Shown here piece by piece: positions 9,306-14,718 of a DNA stretch of 14,718 nucleotides. The position numbers and the translations under genes were made by a program. The notes beneath the pieces were generated by a model. It did not search any database and had not been told where the DNA came from. It saw only the letters and a program-made list of their open reading frames with translations. Position 1 is the first letter of the stretch, and every line of letters begins with the position of its first letter. Origin of the DNA: Eledone cirrhosa (Eukaryota); the NCBI GenBank assembly GCA_964016885.1, contig CAXHJY010001705.1:1-14718 (forward strand), written 5' to 3'.

Positions 9306-9577
9306 TAAATGTAGTTGTTATCAAATTAAAATAAAAAATTACAAAAAAAAAAATCCTTTTGCTATTGATGTTTACTTCAGTATGTAAAGGGTTTGTCCAC
9401 ATACCTGGTTTGCTACCGGCATTTCATATATTTGAGGTTTACTGTGGTTGTTATGATCGAAGGTGAGGTTGTCGCTCTTTTTTGAAGCTTGAGTGAAACA
9501 CAGGAGTTGTAAATCTGGTGAAGTCGTTGGTTGTTATGACGTCCGGCTGGCACTTGTAAGGAGAAAAGTAATCGGAA

Positions 9578-10090
9578 ATAACAACAGCAGCATCAGCAAC
9601 AATAACAATAGTAGTAACAACAGTAAATATTAACTAAGAATAAACAACATCATCAACAACAATATTAACAACAAACGCAACAACAACAGCATCAATAGCA
9701 ACCGTAACAACAACAGCAGCAATAATATCAATAACAACAACAAGAGCAACGACAAGAACAAATAAAAAAAAACAGCATATAAGAGGAAGGAGGGGGAGAG
9801 AAAGAGAAAGAGTGAAAGGGAGGAGAAGAATGAAAAAAATGAAAGGAAGAGGGGTGAGAGATTACAAGAGAGAAGAAAGTATATATGTGTATGTGAGAGT
9901 GTGAGTGTGAGTGTATATGTGTATTTATAGATGTATACATTCATACATATATATGATTTGTAATTTTTATTTTACCTATTCAAATATGATTACCTATTCA
10001 CTCAACATAGTGAGGGAGAGAGGGAGAGAGAGAGAGAGAGACCTACAAGTATACTTACACACGTATAGACAAACACACATACACACGCAT
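9578..10090. repeat. Compound low-complexity tract: degenerate (AAC/AGC)n, a purine-rich GA tract, and GT, GA and CA repeats
   Basis: Direct inspection. It explains the poly-Leu ORFs in the track. Confidence 0.9.
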
Positions 10091-10097
10091 AGAAGTT

Positions 10098-10428
10098 CCG
10101 TTCTTTTAATCTTTTACTGGCTGCAATAATCTGACTGCGACCATATTGGGGCACTGCCTTGGTTTTAGTCGAGCATACCAACTCCACTACTTACTTTTTC
10201 AAGTCTGGTATTTATTTTATCGATATCTTATGTGTCGAACCGTTAAGTTGCGAGACATAAACACACACACCTTTTGTAATTTCCACCTACCAAATTCTAC
10301 TCACAAGGTATTATTCGTCAACTGGAGGCCTTAGTAGAAGAAACTTGCCTAAGGCGCCATGCTTCATAACTGAACCCTGAACTATGTTGTTACGAAGCGA
10401 ACTTCATAACAACACGACCATGCCTCTG
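10098..10428 (-). mobile_element. tRNA-derived SINE family B (degenerate) with a CR1/L2-type 3' tail
   Basis: On the minus strand: a decayed tRNA-like head (GGCATGGTCGTGTTGTT...GGGTTCAG), a CORE-like CCTTAGGCAAG, an internal GT tract, GATAAAATAAATACC, and the tail GGCAGTGCCCCAATATGG...GTAAAAGATTAAAAGA. Confidence 0.8.
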
Positions 10429-10440
10429 CATTATATATAT

Positions 10441-10635
10441 CAGACCTGCCAACCTTTAAAAACCCAAATGGAGAGCACCATGAAAAAAAGGGCCCCAAAT
10501 CGGGGAGAAATGAGACAAAATGGGGAAATTTTACATAATGAAAGCTATACCCATTTTCCCCAGAGAAGACATCTCTCATCCACCTCAAAGTGGGTGGGAG
10601 ATCTCTCCGTCCGACAGGAAGGGTTGACAGGTCTG
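10441..10635 (+). mobile_element. MITE (195 bp) with terminal inverted repeats, copy 1
   Basis: Starts CAGACCTGCCAACC and ends GGTTGACAGGTCTG (14-bp TIR, 1 mismatch). It lies in an AT run, so the TSD length is ambiguous. Superfamily not assigned. Confidence 0.88.
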
Positions 10636-10852
10636 ATATATTCATAAATCGAATTAGAACTATGCATGCCATTCTTGTCTGCACAAATCTGAATTTCTTG
10701 AGCGTTTGCAATTCACCATTTATTTTTCAGGGTTCGAAAGGTGGATTAAGCCAGACTCCCCAACATTTTAAAAGCATGTCCAGAGTTCCGCTGTCGACGC
10801 TGCGCAAGTTTACTACGAACGGACTGGTTTTGCAAGTGTTCTAATGCTACTA

Positions 10853-11253
10853 CAGACCTGTCAACTCTCCACGTTCGACGGGGAGATCCCCCACCTACTT
10901 TCGTGTGGGTAAGAGATGTCTTCTTTTGTGAAAATGGATATAACTTTCATTATGTAAAATCCCCCTAGGCGGGGGATTGGCAGTATCGGTAGAGGGTCGG
11001 ACGCCATGCTTTGACGCATAGAGTTACGGCCCTTGCCATTCTGAGTTCAAATCCCGCCAAGGTTAACTTTGCCTTTCATCCTTACGGGGTGGATAAAATA
11101 AAGTACCAGTAATACACTGGGTAGTTGCTGGCCTTGTACCTAACGTAGAAACAATTATGTAAAATCCCCCTATTTTTGCCTTATTTCTCCCCGCTTTGGG
11201 GCACTTTTTTTCATGCTACTCTCCGTTTGGGTTTTTAGAGGTTGGCAGGTCTG
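10853..11253 (-). mobile_element. MITE copy 2, inverted relative to copy 1 and interrupted by a SINE
   Basis: Starts CAGACCTGTCAAC and ends GGTTGGCAGGTCTG. Removing the SINE and one TSD leaves 196 bp collinear with the reverse complement of copy 1. Flanked by CTA...CTA, a possible 3-bp TSD. Confidence 0.88.
10968..11153 (+). mobile_element. tRNA-derived SINE family A, both ends present, with a 19-bp TSD
   Basis: A-box-like TGGCAGTATCGG (10978-10989), B-box GAGTTCAAATCCC (11043-11055), central GCCTTTCATCCTTACGGGGTGGATAAAATAAAGTACC. Perfect direct repeat ATTATGTAAAATCCCCCTA at 10949-10967 and 11154-11172. Confidence 0.93.
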
Positions 11254-11442
11254 CTACGAATTTTCATGTTTATTCATTGTAAATCCAATGGTTTTGGCGC
11301 TCATAATCACCATCGAATATGGAACTGAAGGCTCGGGGTGGTGGGTGGTGTGTATGGGTGTTGGGTTTAATCATTTGTCATCCCCGCCAACTTGTGTTCC
11401 TTTGAATGTTTTAGTTTGAAACTTTCAGTGTTACGAATCCTA

Positions 11443-11755
11443 CGCGTCCGTTTGTTGAACCTTTGTCGGTCCCGGGGACCAACGGAACAGCTAGCTCGTG
11501 TAATTAACGTGCATGTAGTTGAGTATTTCACAAACAAGTGTATCATTAATGTAGTTCTTAGGGAGATTTAACGTGACACAGTGTGTGTGACAAGGTTGAC
11601 CCTTTGAATTACAAGTACAACATATTTTTCCCTGCTGAGTGAACTGGAGTAACGTGAAATAAAGTGTCTTGCACAACGACATAACATGCCACAGGGAATC
11701 GAACTCACGATCAACCATGAGAGGAACAATTAACCAATAAACCACGCGCCTTCAC
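11443..11755 (-). mobile_element. tRNA-derived SINE family C
   Basis: The minus strand starts GTGAAGGCGCGTGGTTTATTGGTT and has B-box GAGTTCGATTCCC. It shares TGCACGTTAAT..CAC.AGC with 12889-13145. Candidate TSD ACGAATC(C/A)TA at 11433-11442 and 11756-11765. Confidence 0.85.
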
Positions 11756-12145
11756 ACGAATCATATGGCCATGTATTAAAACACGCGAGCTTTTAAATTC
11801 GCTCCATTATTCCATCTTAAAGTTAGTTATTGCAAAGTATATATAAATACCAAATGGTTTGAAATTTATAGGCATTGTCTTTTATTAGAAATATAACAAA
11901 ATGGTTAGCTCAATGTAATATTAAACTCATGGTGGTCATTAAGGCAGGCTGGTGATGAGGATAAAACTGAACGATTTCATTGTAGCTGTTCAAGAGGAAT
12001 ATTAACAGCATCGGATTAGTGACTGACGTGTATAACACCACCATTATTGCAATATGGTGAGAGGTTAAAAAAAAAAAAAAAAAAATCATACTGTATCGTC
12101 CTTTGCGCGGGTTACCAAGGGACGAGTTCATACATTAGGTAGATG

Positions 12146-12177
12146 AGCTTTAAATGGGCGAAGCTTTAAATGGGCGA
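12146..12177. repeat. Perfect 16-bp tandem duplication (AGCTTTAAATGGGCGA)x2 followed by (GAA)n
   Basis: Direct inspection. Confidence 0.9.
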
Positions 12178-12297
12178 AGAAGAAGAAGAAGAAACAAAGT
12201 ACATGTTTTGAGTGGAGGTTGAATTAAACTTGTTGGTGAGGATATGTTACCTAAAACTGAGGATTTGGCGAAAATATTAGGGCGGAAGATTTGGTAA

Positions 12298-12539
12298 TTA
12301 TTTCTGGTATAAGGCCAGCTATTTGAAGGGTGTGGGGAGAAGTCAAGTAAATCAACACCAGTACTTGACTAGTATTTTATTTTATCTCCCCCGGAAGGAT
12401 GAAAGACAAAATTGGTCTAAGCAGTATTTGAACTCAGAATGTAAAGATGCAAAAAACAAAACAAAACAAAAAAAAAAAAAACGAAATGCTTCAAACTATT
12501 TTGTCCGACACTCTAACGACCCTGTCAATGCACAACACT
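12298..12539 (-). mobile_element. tRNA-derived SINE family A, diverged, with a 14-bp TSD
   Basis: AAGGCCAGC...TTTTATTTTATC...AAGGATGAAAGACAAA...ATTTGAACTCAGAA. Direct repeat GGAAGATTTGGTAA at 12284-12297 and 12540-12553. Confidence 0.85.
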
Positions 12540-12888
12540 GGAAGATTTGGTAAAAAAAAAGCGAATATATTTGATGGGTCTCAGGGTGGTAGAACTAACT
12601 TGAACTGATTGTGTTCTAATCTGCATTGACAGTGAATGTGGGAGTACATGAAGTTGATGGAGAGTATGTTAGTTCTGGCTACAGAAGCGTTGCTAATAGC
12701 GTTGCATGGATTCTTTGAACGCTAAAAAAAAAGAATGAGTTTTATGAAGACAGGATGAAAAGTATCCCTTCTTAGCTTGGGGAGTAGACACAATTTGTTA
12801 TTCAATGTGGTTAGAAAACGCGCGCGTGTGTGTGTATACATATGAGTGTGTGTGTGTGTGTGTATGTGCGCGTGCGTGTAGAACAATG

Positions 12889-13145
12889 TTGTGAAGGTGC
12901 AAGGCTTAGTGGTTAGGGAGTTCGGCTCACGATCGTAATGCCGTGAGTTCGATTCCCAGTGCAAGAGGCCATTTCGCGTTGCTCCAGTCCTCCGAGCTGG
13001 CAAAAATGAGCTCTAGTAGAATTTAAAAAGCTACTTTAAGAGTACACGTTTCTATAGAATACTTATCCACTTGCACGTTAATTTCACAAGCAGGCTTTTT
13101 CGTTGATGAAGCAACTATGACACTGGTCGTCGAAACCGACGGAGG
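12889..13145 (+). mobile_element. tRNA-derived SINE family C (internally deleted)
   Basis: GTGAAGGTGCAAGGCTTAGTGGTTAG (A-box about 12902-12912) and B-box GAGTTCGATTCCC (12945-12957). The body is homologous to 11443-11755. Confidence 0.85.
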
Positions 13146-13736
13146 TCAAACACATATACATACAAAACATGTTATTTTTTTCTCAGAAAGCAATCGTGCT
13201 CTGCTACCGTGTCATGGCTGTGTGATTATATGGGAACATTTTACGGTGTATTTTGGCCACCATTGTATGTTTCAGTGGTCTGATGGTTATGATCAAAGAT
13301 AATGTATATACATACATACTTCAGTGAATAACTGTTGGATATGTGTGTGTGTGTGTGTGTGTGTAAACGAAGAAAGATATCAAGAAGGAGAAGCAGAAGA
13401 CAAAGTGGAAAATGAAAATAAGAAGAGAAAGGGCCATGACAACCTTAGCTAATTTTTTTGAAAGTTTATTCTATGTGTGTTTTCCATGGGAAAATAATAA
13501 TTGAAAGGTTCTCAAATACATGCAATAATTCGATATGCTAATAGCATTATTTAGTTTCAAGCGTATACGTTATTCCACGTAGAATTAATAATTTTAGAAA
13601 TACAAGGATGTATATATAGACATTCATAGTTAAATATAATCTAATCTATTATTGGTTTTCACTTCATTCAATTTCTATGTAAAATCTCATACTTTTTGTA
13701 ACCTGTCTCTTCACCCATCACCTTTGTGGTAATAAT

Positions 13737-13924
13737 TGTTTCTACTTTTGGCACAAGGCCAGCAATTATCCCAGTGTATTATTATGGTACTTTATTTTAT
13801 CGACCCCGAAAGGATGAAAGACAAAGTTAACTTCGGCGGAATTTGAACCCAGATCATAAAGGGCGTAAATATGCTGAAAAGCATGGCGTCCGACCCCCTA
13901 CCCATTCTGCCAATCCACTGCCCT
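13737..13924 (-). mobile_element. tRNA-derived SINE family A, both ends present, 17-bp TSD
   Basis: Collinear with the reverse complement of 10968-11153. Flanked by ACCTTTGTGGTAATAAT at 13720-13736 and 13925-13941. Confidence 0.92.
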
Positions 13925-13941
13925 ACCTTTGTGGTAATAAT

Positions 13942-14092
13942 GGTTTCTTATATAGGCTCAAGGCCAGCAATTTTGGGAAGAGGGGAAAGTCAATTAAATC
14001 GACCTCATTGCGTGACTGGTACTTTATTTTATCCACCCCGTAAGGATGAAAGGCAAAGTTAACCTGGGGGGGGGGGGGGGGGGGGATTTGAA
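13942..14092 (-). mobile_element. SINE family A, 5'-truncated at the B-box, with a G20 run
   Basis: Same 3' end and central domain as the other family A copies. Followed by ATCACCTTTGTGGTAATAAT (14093-14112). Confidence 0.9.
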
Positions 14093-14112
14093 ATCACCTT
14101 TGTGGTAATAAT

Positions 14113-14570
14113 GATTTATTTTATTGGTCATAAAAGCCCAAGGCAAGGGAGACAATACAAAGAGGAAAAACAACACAAAGTGGGTTTACATCGAGTAAAG
14201 AAGCATAGGGGACATCAACAAAGAGAAAACAGTAGATACAACAATAACAATAACACTAATGTGGTGGAGAGGAATATAGTTAAATTCCAGGGTTTGGCCG
14301 ACAGCTTCCTTTCCGTGCCGGTGCGCCATCGAGACCGCTGCTATCCTTGATCCCCGAACTGCTGTTTTCCTCCGTAATATTGGGAGGAGTGCATCCAACC
14401 TGAGTAGGTTATGCAGCGGGTGTCGCTGGCTGTTCCCCGTGGTAATATCTTCACTATTTTGTTCGCGGGGTGAAGCTGAAATATACCGCCTAGACTGAGG
14501 TATAGAGTCTGCCGACCTCCACCCGATCCTTACTTTCGCTATTTCAATTTTCCTCTTTCTTTTCTCTATT
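14113..14570 (-). mobile_element. Unclassified, probably retroposon-derived segment with an L1/Tx1-like 3' end
   Basis: Minus-strand AATAAA at 14115-14125. Shares GACAATACA and GGGTTTACAT with the Tx1 3' UTR at 1471-1509. GC-richer block at 14290-14530. Confidence 0.35.
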
Positions 14571-14718
14571 TTTTAAAGGTTGATGAATTATAAATTTGTT
14601 TTATTTTTAAATAAAATATATTATATTTATATTTATGATTGTAATAAATAGTCAATATTTTTTGTTGTTATTTGCAGTAAAGGGTTAGAGCTCTATTTGT
14701 TTTCATCCTTGATTACTT

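Noticed and set aside
9630-9944. ORF with a long hydrophobic poly-Leu stretch resembling a membrane protein
   Set aside because: It is the antisense translation of AAC/AGC and GA microsatellites.
12615-12720. Possible + strand terminal exon after CTAAT...GACAG
   Set aside because: Weak pyrimidine tract, a short unrecognisable peptide and no supporting upstream exon.
12889-12960. tRNA-like sequence with A and B boxes (similar heads near 10968 and 11690-11755)
   Set aside because: No complete cloverleaf, and each continues into a repeated SINE body, so these are SINE heads rather than tRNA genes.
11443-13145. Two family C SINEs in inverted orientation as a possible composite element
   Set aside because: They are diverged, differently deleted and about 1.1 kb apart, and one has its own candidate TSD; this is expected by chance for an abundant SINE.
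13720-14112. Three direct repeats separated by spacers, superficially CRISPR-like
   Set aside because: The spacers are 150-190-bp homologous SINEs in eukaryotic DNA with no cas genes; the repeats are TSDs.

Overview
Eukaryotic, AT-rich, microsatellite-dense DNA made almost entirely of transposon remains, with no supportable host protein-coding gene. The tRNA-derived SINE families look, from memory, like those of Octopus/coleoid cephalopods; this is inference, not a database result. In order: a CR1/L2-group LINE (+) whose RT core is deleted, tail-to-tail with the 3' part of an L1/Tx1-clade LINE (-); two tandem non-autonomous Helitrons; a second, older L1/Tx1 copy (-) also missing its RT core; an R4/Dong-type restriction-like-endonuclease retrotransposon fragment between AAC/AAT repeats; about ten tRNA-SINEs of three families; and two inverted copies of a 195-bp MITE. 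I found no convincing new gene system. The best signals are transposon mechanisms visible in the sequence: a LINE and a SINE sharing a 3' tail, a triplicated target-site duplication from two SINE insertions at one site, a TAA-type target bias for one SINE family, an inverted MITE pair, and a chimeric Helitron array.
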